From Cyanophora paradoxa CCMP329 (taxonomy: Eukaryota > Plantae > Glaucophyta): 64,000 nt of DNA. This document shows positions 44,601 through 58,334 of the stretch, piece by piece. Under the pieces are notes generated by a model. The model did no database searches and was not told the origin of the DNA. It was given only the letters and a program-made list of their open reading frames with translations. The translations under genes were made by a program, and so were the position numbers. The DNA lies in NCBI GenBank assembly GCA_004431415.1, contig QPMI01000691.1, positions 1 to 64,000 of the forward strand, read 5' to 3'. Each line of letters begins with the position of its first letter. The first letter of the stretch is position 1.

Positions 44601-47600
44601 AGCCAAGGAGGGGGCGGACCTCGTCGGCGGCGGGGAGGAGGTCGAGGGCGGCGGAGAAGCTAGCTGTATAGAAGCCATATAACTAGAAGCCTTCTAGAAT
44701 AAAATATCTAAACCATCTAGAACAGCCCCCAAAGAATTCGGAGCCAGCTAAGAAGCTAACTCGGACCTCGTCGTCGGCGGGGAGGAGGTCGAGGGCGGCG
44801 GCGAGGAGGTGCGCCTCGAGCATCTGCCGCGCCCCGGCCTCGCCCGCCCCCGGCGCCGCGTGCGCCAGCGCCAGGCACGCCAGCCCCGCCGCCGCCACGC
44901 CCTGCCCGCAGGTGAGAAGGCGAGTCGGCGAGGCTATATAGCTAGGATATTAGGACAGGATAGGCGGCGGTGGGCTAGGACAGGATGGCGTATATATCCT
45001 ACGTCAGGCGGCGGCGGGGCTAGGATAGGAAACGCCGCTTGGATAGACTGTTGGGCGGAGCGGCGGCGTCCCCCTATCCTTAGGCCTCCCCGGGGCGAGA
45101 GGGGCGAGGGCGGCTGCGGGCACCTGGGCGCCCGAGGCGGCCTTGATCATCGTGTCCAGCAGCCCGCACTCGGCGAGCGCCGCCTGCCGAACCATAGCGT
45201 TAGAGAGCTCGAGGCGGACGGGGGGGCCCGGGAGCCTGCCTAGTTCGCGGCGCGGCGCACGGGCGCGCATTTTACTTTTACATGAAACGAAATCTTATGA
45301 TAAGAGCTTATCCAGAGCGCGCCTCGGCTCGGATCGGTTCCCCGGCTCGGCTAAAGAAAGAGAGAGAGAAAGCTTACAAGATCTTATTTAGAGCGCGCGG
45401 CTCGGCTAAGCTTCGCGGAGGGGCGGGGGCCGGGCGGGGTGGCGCACGGGGGCTTGGGGGGCCTGGGCGGCGTAGCCGAGGAGCTTGAGGACGCCGCGCC
45501 GCGCCTCCTCGAAAGGCGCAGCCTGCCCGAGCCGGGGGCGGAGGCGGGGCGGGCGAGTTAGCGAAGCTCAGGTAGGGCTCAAAGCTAGGAAAAAGCTAAG
45601 CGGGGAGCCTGCATGGCGGGAGGGGGTCGGGCGGACCTTGTAGAGGCGGGCGAGGTCGCCGAGCAGGGGCCCCTCCTGCGCCCCCGGGCCCCGCCCCTCA
45701 GCGGAGCGGGGCGGAGCGAACGAGGGAGGCGCCGGTCTTAGGCGCAAGCGAGAGAACGGGGCACGCCGCCGCTTCTAGAACGGGGGCACGCCTAGCGCCC
45801 CCGCCACACCCCGCTTCGCGAAGCGAGGGAGGGAGGCGACGGTCTTTAGGGCGCCGCGCCCGAGACTCAGATCGCAGGCGCAAGCGGAGCGAGGGAGGCG
45901 CCGGTCTTAGGAGCTCCGCGCGCGGGTCCGCGCTCGAGCGATCTGAATCTAGATGAAGACCCCCGAGCGTGTGCCTGCGCCCTGCCCCGCCCCGCCCCGC
46001 CCCGGCGCGGCGCGGGGCGCTCACCAGGAGGGCGCGCTGGCAGGCGGGGTTGCGCCGGGCGAGGCGGCAGAGCGCCAGGAGGGCCGCCGAGCGCGCCTCG
46101 GGGGGCAGCGGCGCCGGCCCCGCCGAGCCGGACGCCGTCCCCGCCAGCAGCGGCACCGCCCCCTGCCGTCCACCCGGGCGCGTCAGCTCACTTCTTCTAT
46201 GAAGCGCTGAAGCGAGCCGAGAGGTTTCTCGGCGCCTGAAGAACATGCTTTATGAGAAGCTGAGATGAGCTCATATGAGAAGCTCCGTGAGCTCGCGTCG
46301 GCGTCCGATAAGTTCTTCGATCTCATGGCGTATTTAAAGGGCGCACGGCGGCGCGGGCGGCGTCCTGGAAGCCGGCGTCCCCCTCCGCCAGCGCCGCGAT
46401 CGTCCGCCCCGCCTGCGCGCCACGCCCGGTCAGCCGTGGAGGGGAGGGCTGGGCGGGGATCGTCGAGAATAGAGGCGGGGCGGGGCGGGGCGCCCGAGGC
46501 GAGAGAGCAGGCGGGCTTGGACTATCGGTGAGGTGGGGAGGGGCGGGGCGGGGCGGGGCATGGCCCGGGCGGATCGTCGAGAAGAGAGGCGAGGCGGCGG
46601 AGGCGAGCGAGCCGGCGGGCTTGGACTTAGGCTTGGACTAATTACGAGGGGCGGGCGGGCGGGCGCCTAGCCGGGAGGGGGGAGGCGAGCGGGCTTGAAG
46701 CGCGGACTGTCGGTTCGGCTCAGACGGCTCGGACGGACCTGGGCGGCGATGGCGGGGCCGCCGGAGCGGACTGCGTCGAGGAGGGCCCGCACCACCTGCG
46801 GCCGCACGCGGGTGATCATGATTACGAGCCGCTCCCTCGCACGACGAGAAGCAAGCGCGAGTCTGCGATAGAGGGGCCGACCTGCGGGTCGCGCAGGCGG
46901 GCGGGGGGCGCCGTGCCCCGCCGCCGGATCTCCTCCAGTCCCCGCATCGCCTCCAGCCGGGCCTGCCGGGGCCCGGAGTGAGCGCGCAATGTAAGGCTTA
47001 GAGGGCTCGAAGCTTATAAATAAAAATAAGAGTAATTAAGAGTAAGGTAGAAGCTTATAATCAAGAGTAAGAGTACTTAGAGAGGCCTGCCATGGCCAGA
47101 GTAAGCTATGCGTACGCTCAGGGCACATATAATTAGGCTTAGAGGGCTCGAAGGCCCTAATCGACGGCGGGCGCACGACGAAGGTGTCGCCGGTGAGGTC
47201 CCGTATGCACGCCTTCACCTCGTCCGTCTCCACCCGCCGCTGCGAATGCCCGCCGCCTTAGTGACCAGAAAAGTCGAGGAAGGAAGAAGCGAAGGGGGGG
47301 GAGCGGAGGAGGAAACTTCGTACCCGGATGGCGCGGGAGGCCTGGAAGCGCTCGAAGGCCTCCTCGACGCCCCCGCGGAAGAAGGCGTCGAACTCCAGCT
47401 GCGAGATCTGCGTAGCCCCGGTGGGTGGGCGGGCGGGTACCGGAACCGGAGGTCTAGGTCGGCGCCCCGAGGCGGGAGCTATGGGGCGTGGGGGGAAGGG
47501 GGGGCGGATCTTGACGCCCGAGAGGGGGTGGGGGGGGTTGAAGGGGGGGTACCGGACCTTGCCGTCGCCGGAGCGGTCGAGGGCGGCGAGGAGGGCGGCC

Positions 47601-49028
47601 AGCGGCTCCGGGTCCCGCCAGAGCCCCAGGCGCGTCCCGTAGTCCTCCAGGAACCTGTCGGGGGGAGAGGGGAGGGGGGGCGAGGGCGAATCAGAGCGAG
47701 CGAGGGCAAGCTATAAGGCTTACAGCCCCCCGAGCGCTGTCTCGGCGGGCGCAGGGCGGTATAGATAAGAAGACAGAGCTCAGGCGGGAAGGCAGGAGAC
47801 GGGAGGCTTAGATAAGAGAGCAGGAGAGAGGGAGGGAGGGGCGGCGGCGGGCGACGGGGGGACGGGGGGCGGGGGAGGAGGTGGGGGGGGGGGGGGGGTG
47901 TTCAGATTGGCCGGGGGAGGGGTAGCAAAAGACGGAGCTAAGGCGGGGAGGAGCGCATAGCCTAAAGAAGTAGTATTGCTCTAGCCTAGTCTGATCTGTT
48001 CTGATCTGATCTGATCTGATCTAGTCTGATCTAATCTAAGGGGCGCGCACGACTCGCGGAAGATGCCGACGTCGACCGCGATGGCCTGCTTGAACCTGAG
48101 GCAAGGAGGGTCGGCGAGGGGTGGGCGGCGCGTGGGGCGGGGAGGGGCGGGGGCGGGTGGGGGCGCGGGGGGGGGGGGGGGGGGGGGGGGGGGGGCGCGT
48201 GGGGAGCGCGGGGAGGCGGAGGCGGAGCGAGACGGAGTGGGTACGGGGCGGATGGGATCGCACCGGCGGAACCAGAACTGCTTCGCCTCGGATCCCTGCG
48301 CGGGTGAACGGGTCAGACGCGGGGCGAAGGACGAGGGGCGTCCCCGCGCGCGGGCGGGCGCGGGCGCGGGCGGGCCTGGATGTTGACGTGCTTGCAGGCG
48401 GCCAGGATCTCGTTGCCCGTCTCCGCGATCAGCGCGATCGAGTGGCTTCGCGGGCGGGCGCGCGGGCGGGCGCGTCAGGGCGGCCGGGCGCGCGCGGGCG
48501 CGGCGCCGCGCGGCGGCGGTGCGGCGGCCGGAGCGAGGGACCTGCCTGTCAATCACGCGCAGGACCGCATCGAGTTGCTGCGGGCGGGCACGCAGGGCGC
48601 TGTGAGCGGGGGCGCGAGCATTTGGATGCGTGCATGCGCACCTCGTCCAGAGAGTTCGCCTCGAGAAACTGCATGAACCTACGGCCGCGGCGGCCAGCCG
48701 GTCAGCATGAACGCGCGAGCCCGGAGCGACGCGTCGAGGTCTGCAGCGGCTGCGGCGCACTTGTGCTTGCGCCCGAACTTCTGCCCCAGCTCCACCGCTC
48801 GCTCGAACGCGTCCCTGCGCGACGCGACCGGCGCCTGAGCGGCGGCGCGGCTGCTGCGGCGGATCCGAAGGCGCCGCACTTGAGAGCCGAGAGCGCCCCG
48901 AGCTGCTTCCCCTCGTAGTTCAGGCTCGCGAGGCCGGCGATGGTCGGCTCGAGCTGCCGCGCCCGCCCGAGGACCTCCGCGCACTTCCCGGACGCCTCCT
49001 GCATCGTCTCGTACTGCGCTTTCACCAT
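41605..49028 (-). CDS. Host multi-exon gene(s): EF-hand-like region followed by ARM-like helical repeats
   Basis: Exon fragments AKQFWFRR|FKQAIAV, LDRSGDGK|ISQLEF and ALLALCRLARRNPACQRAL separated by short introns; could be more than one gene. Confidence 0.35.
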
Positions 49029-50016
49029 CTTGCGGCGGGACGCCCGTAAGCGGATCGTCGCACGAAGCAGGGGCGCCGGCGGACCTGCACAACGCCCAGC
49101 AGAGCCTTGGCGACGCTGAGGATCGGCATCGCTACCGCCGCTTGCTGTCCCTGCTCTCTCGTCTGGTCCTCCTAGGCCAGGCCTGCGTCTACCTGCGAAC
49201 TGCTCGGCCTATTCGACGCTGCGCTGCTGTACGGAGCAAGGGAGAGCGTGGAAAGCGCAAAGACGCTTCGCGGCGAGAGAGCAAAACAGACCAGGCGCGG
49301 CCGGCCGCGCCTCGAAACCGAAGCGCCGCCGTGCAACCTGTACCCCCCGGACCCGATCAAATTTGCGTGCCGCAGTCGACGTCCTAGGCGCAGCGGCGCG
49401 GTACCGGTACACTACTTAGTACTGCATCCTCGCATGCGCAGCCTGCAGCTAGGCTAGCACTTGCTAGCGCTGCAGCCGCGGCCGGCGCCGGCCTGCGCGC
49501 CGGCCCCAGCGCCGGCGCGGCGCGCGCGCGCGGGGCTCATGATCATGATCAGCGCGCGGCTGCAGCTGCGCGTGCACAGCTCCAGCTGTAGCTGGCAGCG
49601 GCCGGTCCCCACTGGGCCAGTCCCCGGCCATCGATATCCAGTCCCCGACCCAGCCCACCTAATCATAAGCCTGGATTCGGGGGCCCAGAGCCCTCGGGCC
49701 TCGCATTTGCAGGGAGCTCGAGCCTGCCCAGGCCTAGGCCCGGCCCTGATCATGAAGCGGCACAATATCTATTTCTGAAAAACGATCGTGTAAGATATTG
49801 CGAAGACGGCGACAGAAAATGCGAAAAGTGAATGAGAGAAGAATCACATCCGTATACCTCGCAGAATAATATACATACGCATTAACTAGCTGCTTAACAT
49901 GTACATGTGCAGCTGCAGCATCCGAATCCACATTGCACTAGCTAGGCAAATCTTCGAGATACTCTGAATTACTAGAGGAAGGGAGAGCAGGGGATTAAGC
50001 GAGCGTAATAAATATT

Positions 50017-53000
50017 TCAAGAGCAGAATCGACGCCACGCAGGCTGCTGGCTCCAGCGAGAGGGCCGCTCCCGCCGCCGCCGCCACCGCCTCCTCCTCCT
50101 CCTCCTCCCTTGCTCATCTGCCCCCTCCGACCCCGGCCCCGACGCCGACCCCGCCGCCGCAGTCGGGCTCCGGATCCGGGACGACCCGATGGACGCCCCG
50201 CTTGGAGAAGCTGGGGAGGCCGACGAGGCTGCGCCACGTCTGCGGCGAGGGCGGCTGCTCCGCCCACAGCGCCGCGATGCCCGCCTCCACCCGCTGCACA
50301 AAGATTCGATCCAGATCAAATTCGAAATTCGCGATCAAATTTGTACGCACGCGGACGCGGGGGTGGTCCTCGGGAAAAGCGTGCGGGAACTTGGAGCGGT
50401 ACGAGGCCAGCGCCGCCTCGAGGAGCGGAAGGGCCGCCCTCGGCTTGCCTGCCCGATTCGCGTTCGCGCACGTGAGCGGAAACGCGAAGGAGCGCGCGTG
50501 GGAATCGAAACATATATCTTAAGGTCCTAAGCTCAAGCAACGGCACGCGAGCGGCGATCGGAGTCGGAGTCGGGGGCGCACCGGCGGCACGGAGGGCCTC
50601 GGCGCGGCGCACGAGCACGTGGGCCAGCATCGGCGTCCGCTCCTCCGGGTCCGCCATCTGTCCCCGTACCCCTGTCAGTTCGAAATAGGGGGGTACGAGG
50701 CCGCGCCTTCGCACGCACCTTGGTGACCATTATGACGACGGCGTGGATGCGGGCGCGCACCGCCGGCTTCGTCCTCGCCAGCGCCGACGCCACCTGCGAG
50801 CGAGGGCGCAGCAAAGCTCAGCTCAGATCAGATCAGATCAGATCAGATCAGATCTGGTCTGATCTGATCTAGACCCCGATAGTTCCAAAATCAATCAGCG
50901 GGCACCAGTCGAGGTCGGGGAGGGCGGGGTCGTCCAGGGACGCCAGCAACCGAAGCGCCTCCAGTCGGATCTTGCGCGCCGCCAGCAGCCGCCCTGCCCG
51001 GCCCGGCCCCCGCGGCGCCCGTCGGCGCCCGTCGGCCTCCTAGGAGGCAAGGAGGGGGGCACGCGGGGGGTACCGGCGACGAGGAGGTCCATGGCGTGGA
51101 CGTGGAGGATGCGGGCCAGCAGGGGCCTGCGCGACAGCGGATCAAATGTTTGAATTCGATGGGAGAAGGGGGGGTACACGAACTCGTGGCCGGGCCCGAG
51201 GCGGCGGGCGACCTCGACGGCGCGCGTGGAGAGGGCGATGGATCCCTCTGCGTCCAGCGCCGTCCGGCACGCCCCCACTGGGGGCGGAAGGGTTCGACTC
51301 CGGGTCGGGCGGGATAACGTTAAACCAAAGATTGGGCGCGTACCCTGGGAGTGGAGGACGAGGAACTGCGATACCCCGGCCTCGACGCTGTCCCCCGCCA
51401 GTACGTACGACTTCTCCGTGACGTAGAACCCCATCTTCACCCGCCCGATCGAGTCTGCAGGCGGCGTCGGATGTAGCTGTACGGGGGGGGAGGGAGGGAA
51501 GGGGGGTACACTGGAGGTCGGCGAGGGCGGGTATGAGCGCCGCCTCCATCGGCGAGGGCGTCATCTGCCGCTTCACCAGCTCCGACCACGCCTGCCGGGG
51601 TACACGCTCGATCCGGGCGCACAGGCTCCGACGACGAAGGGCGAGGGCAGGGGTACAGGCCGACCTCGAAGTAGAATCCTATGGCCTCCTCCTTCTTCTC
51701 GAACTGTGGCCGATCGCGACGGCGTCGTCACCAGCGGGAACGGGGGTACGCCGCCATCTGTCAAGCTTGCAGAAAAGCGTACCCTGTCTAGCGCGGACGC
51801 GTGGAAGAGGATGGCCTTCGGGCGTAGCGGCCCCTCGGACCCCGCGTGCTCGTTCGCCAGCTGCAGTACCCTCCCCAGGAGCTGCGCGGCGACTGTGGCC
51901 GATCGCGACGGCGTCGTCACCAGCGGGAACGGGGGTACGCCGCCATCTGTCAAGCTTGCAGAAAAGCGTACCCTGTCTAGCGCGGACGCGTGGAAGAGGA
52001 TGGCCTTCGGGCGTAGCGGCCCCTCGGACCCCGCGTGCTCGTTCGCCAGCTGCAGTACCCTCCCCAGGAGCTGCGCGGCGGGCTCGTTTGGGCGGGTAGG
52101 GAGGGGTGTGTTCAGGAGGGGGGTACGGTGCGCACGCGAGACGTGAGCTCGCAGTCGAGAGCGAAGAGATCCTCGCTGGCGCGCGGCATCTCAACGGTAC
52201 CCGCCTGGGGGGTGGGGGGGGTACGGTTTCGGCGGGAATCTGGGGGGTGGGTTGGAATGGAAGGGGCTACCAGGAGGAGCGCGGTAGCGCTGTCGACCAG
52301 GAGCTCGGCCTCCTCGACGGAGAGGGGCGCCTGGCCGGCCCGCTGCAGCGCGCTCGCCAGCGCCGCCAGCGTACCCCGGGCCTGCGCGATCGCAAGGGCC
52401 GTCAGGAGCGGGGGGATGGAGTCGGGGGGGGTACGCTTACGAGGCCGGGGTTGTGGGAGGCGCGGAGGGCGGCGAGGGCGCGGCGCACGGCCATTCGGCC
52501 CGCGATCGTTTGGAACAGGCTCGAGTTCAGCAGGCGCGCGTCCGAGAGGGCCTGGGGCGGGGGGCGAGGGGGTTAGCCGGTGAAGGGGGGGGGGCTTGGG
52601 GGGGGGGTACCAGGGCGAGCTGGTCGGCGAGGAGTTTGCGGCCCGCGGTCGCGCCCCTCAGCGCCTCGGTTAGGCTGAGGACGCTCGTGACCAGCGCCTC
52701 GCCCTGCGGGCCCCCCGGCAGCCGGTACGGCGGGTCGCTCTGCGCAGGATCCGAGTCGGAGGAGTCGAGGGGTGGAGGCGTGGGGAGTACGATGGATTCC
52801 GCGCACCGGCTGGCGGAAGAGAGGTCCCACGACGGGGGCCGAGTGAGGAGCGGCGGGCGCGGGGCCGCGGGGCTCGGTCTCCGGCTCGGCCAGCTTGGAG
52901 CCGACCGCGGCTGCATCCAAGTCCGAATCGGCCTCCTCTCCCGAGGACGCGACCAGGTCGCCCGCCGCGCGTCCCGCCGAGGTGATGAAATCTGCGCCCT

Positions 53001-53219
53001 CGCTCGAGCTCGCTCGTCCGGCGCGCGGCGGGGCGCTGGCCCGAGCGACGCGCAAGCTGACGAACGAACCGTTATCCCACTCCCACGAGCCGCGCTCCCA
53101 CGCCTCTATGGCCCGCTTCTTGTCCGCGTCCACGAGCCAGCTGGTCACCTGTGGCCGCGGCGGCGCCGGCGCCCACTGCGCGGGCTGAGAGAAGGTGCTC
53201 GCTGCCGGCAGTTGCATGT
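50017..53219 (-). CDS. Host multi-exon gene of unknown function
   Basis: GC3-rich exon-like segments (WLVDADKKRAIEAW; KMGFYVTEKSYVLAGD) bounded by GT..AG introns. Confidence 0.4.
51702..52078. repeat. Tandem duplication of ~190 bp
   Basis: actgtggccgatcgcgacggcgtcg...ccccaggagctgcgcggcg occurs twice back to back, apparently identical. Confidence 0.92.
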
Positions 53220-53984
53220 CTGACGCTCCCCTCGGGAGCGCTTTCAGTCGCAAGTTGGGAAGTGCCGCGCGGCCGCGGGCCCCGCGCGTTCACGCCGCGC
53301 GGGGGCGCGTTGGAAAAGGGCCCAGCAATGCCGCAGCTTTTCAGCTACACGCCTCGCCTGCTCCGGGATCCCGCTTTCGACTTCGGGTGCCGCCAGCAGG
53401 GCCGGGGTGCAACTGCTGATGACTTCCCCCACTGCAGCTGCTGCGCTCAGTAGCTACTGCCCCACTGCAGCCCCCGCCGCGTTGAGGTGGAGCCCGCAGC
53501 TAGCAAGCAAAGGCGCGCTATACTATGATAGCGCTTTCGAGGGCGGCTCAGCGGCTCAGCGGCTGCGCGGCCTGCCGGCGTGCTCGTGCTCCCGGAGTCC
53601 CAGGCAGAACGCGGCTAACTGCTGCTTCAAGGCTAAAACTGCAGCAGCTGGCATGCGCAGCCTCTGCATGCAACGGCAGCCCTAGCCTACTACCGGTAGG
53701 CTAGCCCTAGTAGTAGGCCCAGAAGCCTAGCCGCAGTGCTGCCGCACTGACTGCCTCTGCATCATGATCGACCTCGAGGATGCCGGTCGCTCCCTCCCAC
53801 GTGCGCTCGCGGCCCCGAAGATGAAGTGCCGGTACCCCTCGCGCGGTACGTTCCGCCGGTACAGTGCACACCGGTACTACGGTACTTGTAATGAAATTTT
53901 CCAGCGCTAGCCCTGCAGCTGCCAGACTGCTGGCCTGCCGCCGGCCGGGCTGCCGGCCGCGGGCCGCGGCGGGCGTGGCGGGCG

Positions 53985-56900
53985 TCACATGCCGGGGTCG
54001 GAGCGGGCGTACGCCTGGGGGAAGACGTAGTAGAATATGTTGGCGTAGCGAAAGAGGGAGAGGCAGGCCATCGCGCCGCACGCCGCGAAGAGGCAGCAAA
54101 GCAGCGCCGCGCGCTCCCGCAGCAGGCGCCACGCCGGGCCGAAGGCCAGCCGCTCCCGCAGGGACGGGAAGGCGGCCCCGGCGGCCGCTAGGGCCGCCAC
54201 CACCGCCGCGTGCACCCCCGCCGTGATTCCCGCGAACTGAAGCGCAAGGGTGCAGTCCTGCGATGCATCGAGTCACGATCAGATCAGCGACGGCCGCTTC
54301 ACATTCGAGGCCCTAGGCTCGCCTCTGCGGGGAAGACGGAAGGGTCGAAGGGCCATATGTGGCTCGCTGGCCCCCACCGGGCCACGCTGCGCATGCGGGG
54401 ATCGCGTCAGCGGGGCGAGAAAGGGAAGGGTTCCAAGGTTGAGCTAAAGCGGGCGCGCGCCTCAGAGCGACAGCGAAAACGAGGCAGCTGGTCCAGGCGA
54501 CGACCGCCTGCAGCAGGATCACCGCCCTGCTCCTCGCTCAGGTGAGCTCAGGTGATCATGAGCGGGCGCGGGGGCGGGGGCCCGGCTGACCGGACGCCCT
54601 TCTGGAGCGAGTAGAGCTCCCGATCCTCGGCGGAGGCATACCCCCCCGCGCGGACACGGTCCGAGCCGGTGGGGAACAGAGGCGGGCCGGGCGTGCCGGG
54701 GCCGGGGCCGGGACCCGTACCCCCTCCGGGGCCGTACACCATAACCACGCGGACGCTGCCCGCGCCCGGACCGCTGGCGCCGCCGGCGGAGGGCCGGGGT
54801 CCCAGTACGGGCGAGGGCGCCAGCGGGCGAGGGCCGTCGCGCCCGAGCTCGAGCGATCGCGAGAGCTCGCCGGCCGAGCGGAGCAGGGGCCGGGGGGAGC
54901 AGCCGGCGCCGGCGAGGCCCGCGGAGAGAGATGGGCCCGAGGTCGAGCGCGGCGCGAGCGGCGAGGCGTCTTCTCCGTACGGCCCTAGGCCTAGGCCTAG
55001 GCCTCCCGCGCCGGCGCCGCCGACGGACCGCCGCCGGACGACCGGCGGCGTCGCCCGCGGCTGCGGCTGCTGAACGAGGACGGCGCTCGGGCTGAGAGGC
55101 TGCAGCTCGCCCGACGCCGGCGCCGGCGGGCTCGCGATCGACTGCGCCGAAAGGGTGGGTGAGCAGGGCCGGGGTGGGAGAGGGGGAGGCGAGGGTAGGG
55201 CGCCCACCGAAAGCCCCGGGGACGAGGTGAGGCGCCGCCAGCCGCGGGGCCCGGGCCCGGGCCCCAGGCCCAGCCCCATGGGCGAGCCCGGCGAGAGCTT
55301 ACCCCCCGCCCCCTCGCGATCGCGATCGGGATCGCGATCGCCCCCGCCCCCCGGGGCCGGCACGAGCCACGAGAGGCGCCCCTTCGCGATCGCCGCGAGG
55401 TACCTGTACATAAAATTAGCATCGGTGCGGAATCTGTTCGGAATCAGCATCTACCCGCGCTTTAGCGCAGTGGTATAAGGTCGTGCTACGACCTCCCGGA
55501 TTCCCGGGTTCGGTACCTGCTGTTTCCGCTACGTTGTACTTCGAATCCTTGTGATTCCCGATACCGTGACTTGTATCCTCGTTGTGTACTACGAGTGGGC
55601 ACGCCCACCGTAGATCTTTAAAAAAAATCTATATAAAAAAATATAATATATCTATATAATCTTTGGAATCTATATAAATTAGCATCGGCGCGGAATCTTT
55701 GAGATCTAGCAGGGCCTCACCGCATGCGGGCGAGGGCGGGGCGCCCGAGGCGGTCGACGAGCATGGAGGCGGGGAAGAGCAGCGAGGCCAGCTCGAAGGC
55801 CTGTACGAGAGCTTCTGTGAGCCTCGCGGGGTTGTAAGAGTTGATGTAGATAAGGGGCGTCCGCACGAGGGAGACGACGTAGACGATGGGGCTCTTGACC
55901 TGCGAGCGGGCGCCGGCGGAGCAAGCCTCGAGAAGTCAGGCGGACGGCGGACGGCGCAGCGGCGCCGGCGGGCGGCGGGGCGGGGCGCGGCTCGCCTGGA
56001 AGTAGCAGAGCTGGCGGAAGATGCGCTGGTTCAGCCTGCGCGCGCGCGGTCCGACGGTCCGCCCCGTGAGCTCGAGGCGAGCCGTCGGACCCGGCCGGCG
56101 GTCCGCAAAATGTAGCGCACAGGTTGCCGAGGATATGAAGGTCTAGCTCAGAACTTATGATTAGAGAGCTTAGCTGAGCCATAGCTGTAAGCTGTATATG
56201 TAGCTTAAGAGCTAGTTATAAAAGAGGGGCGGGCGCACAGGTTGCCGAGGATGTAGAGGACGACGGCGTCGCCGTGGGGCATCACGTCGTACATCTCCCG
56301 CCCGTAGTACCGCACCTGCGGGGGAGGGGGTACAGGCTCGGCGGAGGGAAGAGAGAGGGGGTAGGGGGACGGGATTGGGGGTTGGAAGGGGGGCGGGGAA
56401 GGGAAGGGAGAAAAGACAGACCTGTAACCACAGAATCGCGAGGGAGAGGAAAGTCGCGGCGAAGTTTATCGCAATCTGGCGGTACGGGTTCGGTTCGGGG
56501 AGGGAGGGGGGGAGATAAAGGGAGGGGCCAAAGTCGCCAGCGCGCCTGGCCGAGCGGCGACTTGACGAGCTACGAGCCGAGTTCAGAATGGGGAGGGGGG
56601 AGGGGGGGGGAGGAGGGGGGGCGGAAGAGGGGCGGGGGGGGGGGGGGGAGGGCGAGGGGGAAGTGGGCACGCACGCCGAACATGAAAAGGTACCTGCGGG
56701 GACGGTACGTGAGATCTAGAGGGGAGGGGTAACGCTAAGGAGCAGGGGGGGGGGGGCGCACAGGAGGGGTAGCTGGTCGAGGGCGTGCTTGGCCCGCGCG
56801 TACCGGTTCCAGAGGCGGGGGATACCCCTCTCGTCGAACTTGGGGGTTAGGGGCGGCTCCGGCGACGTGGGGAGGTCGACCGCGACCAGCAGGCCGGAGG

Positions 56901-58334
56901 CGGAGGCGGGCGCCGCGGCCCGGGGCGCGGGGTCCGAGGGGTGCGCCCGCGCCCGCCGCCTCCGCAGGAAGGCGGCGTGCACGCGCGTGTTGACCTGCGA
57001 ACGAAGCGCCCTTCAGGGCCCGGCCAGCAGCTATTCCAATCATGATGTATATCCGCCCGGTCCGGACTCGAACCTGCATCGCGACGATGGCGCAGCCGAC
57101 CCCCACGACGTAACCGAACGGCAGCGTGCTCACTGAGCGAGTGGGTCGCCGAGGTCAGCGGGGGCTCCAGGCCAGGGCACGCCGGGGCTGATTTGTTCTA
57201 GATCCAAATTCAAGACGAAGAGGCGGCGCGCACTGTCGACGCCGGCGTTTACGATCGCGAAGAGGGCGGTGGACAGGCCGGCGTAGACGAGGACCCAGGA
57301 GGGCATCAGGGCGAAGACGGGCACCTGCGAACGAAGCTAAGTCAGTGAAATTTGAAATTTTGAATTTGAATTTGAATTTGGATTTGAATCAGTGAAAAAT
57401 TATATGAAGCTGGCGGGACTCGCGCGCGCGCGCCTCCGAGGTGACGGAGAACCAGACGCCGGCGTTGGTCCCCACGCCGGCCGTGACGAGGAAGACGAAG
57501 AGGGAGGCGCGGGCCACGTGGCTGCGTTTGAACGTTGCGTTAGCTTAAGCTTCTTCTCCCAGGCGCGCGGCTCTGATCTGGTCTAGAAGAGAGCGCGCGC
57601 CTTCGGATCTCGTCGAACGGGATCGCGAATATGGGCACGATGGCGGCGACGGGCCCGGCCATGATGAGGAGCAGGGCGGCGAGGTTGCGCCAGCCCTGCC
57701 GCGCTGCCGCCGGCGCGGCGGCCGCCGCCGCGCGCACCGTCCGCGCGGGCGTCGAGAGGGCCTCGCGGAGGTAGGCCCGGGCCTCCAGGGCGAGAAGGGC
57801 GGCGCGGGTCCGCAGCGCGCCGCCGCCCTGGCTCGCGCTGCCCAGCGAGGCGCGCGAGTCCGGGACTCGGAGGGACACGCCGAAGGAGCGTCCGGAGGCG
57901 GCGGCGCCGGCGGCGGCGGCGGCGGCGGCGGTGCAGGAGGAGGAGGCGGCGGAGAGGGAGGAGAGGCGCCGGGCGCCGGCGGCCTCTTCATCGCCCGCGG
58001 CCGGGGGCGGCTCCAGCGGCTCGTCCTCGAGCTCCGCCGGGTCGGGCAGCACCAGCCGCACGCGGCTCGAGCCGTGCAGCTGCAGCGCGGCGGCCGGCGC
58101 CGCCGCTGCAGCTAGCGCTGGCGGGCATGCGGCGTTCAGCGGGGGCGGGGCGGGCCGCGGCGGGGCGTCGTCGCCGTCGTCCATGTCCTCTAGTTCGGCC
58201 TCCCCCGCGGCCGCCAGCGCCAGCCCTGGCGCCGGCGGGTCCTCCCGAAAGCTCTGGAGTGCGAGCGCCGGCGTCTGCAGCTGGCCGCCATCCGCCGCGC
58301 CCACGGTGGTCGCGGCCGCGGGAACCATTTGCAT
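53985..58334 (-). CDS. Host multi-pass membrane protein, multi-exon
   Basis: Disordered N-terminus, then hydrophobic exons (LAALLLIMAGPVAAIVPIF; WVLVYAGLSTALFAIV; INFAATFLSLAILWL; ALLCCLFAACGAMACLSL). Confidence 0.55.
55436..55675 (+). mobile_element. tRNA-derived SINE-like insertion
   Basis: A-box TAGCGCAGTGG and B-box-like GGTTCGGTACC; A/T-rich tail; flanked by 23-bp direct repeats (55413-55435 and 55676-55698, 1 mismatch). Confidence 0.65.

Noticed and set aside
55456-55522. Functional tRNA gene
   Set aside because: Acceptor stem and anticodon arm do not form a convincing cloverleaf; the tail and flanking duplication favour a SINE.
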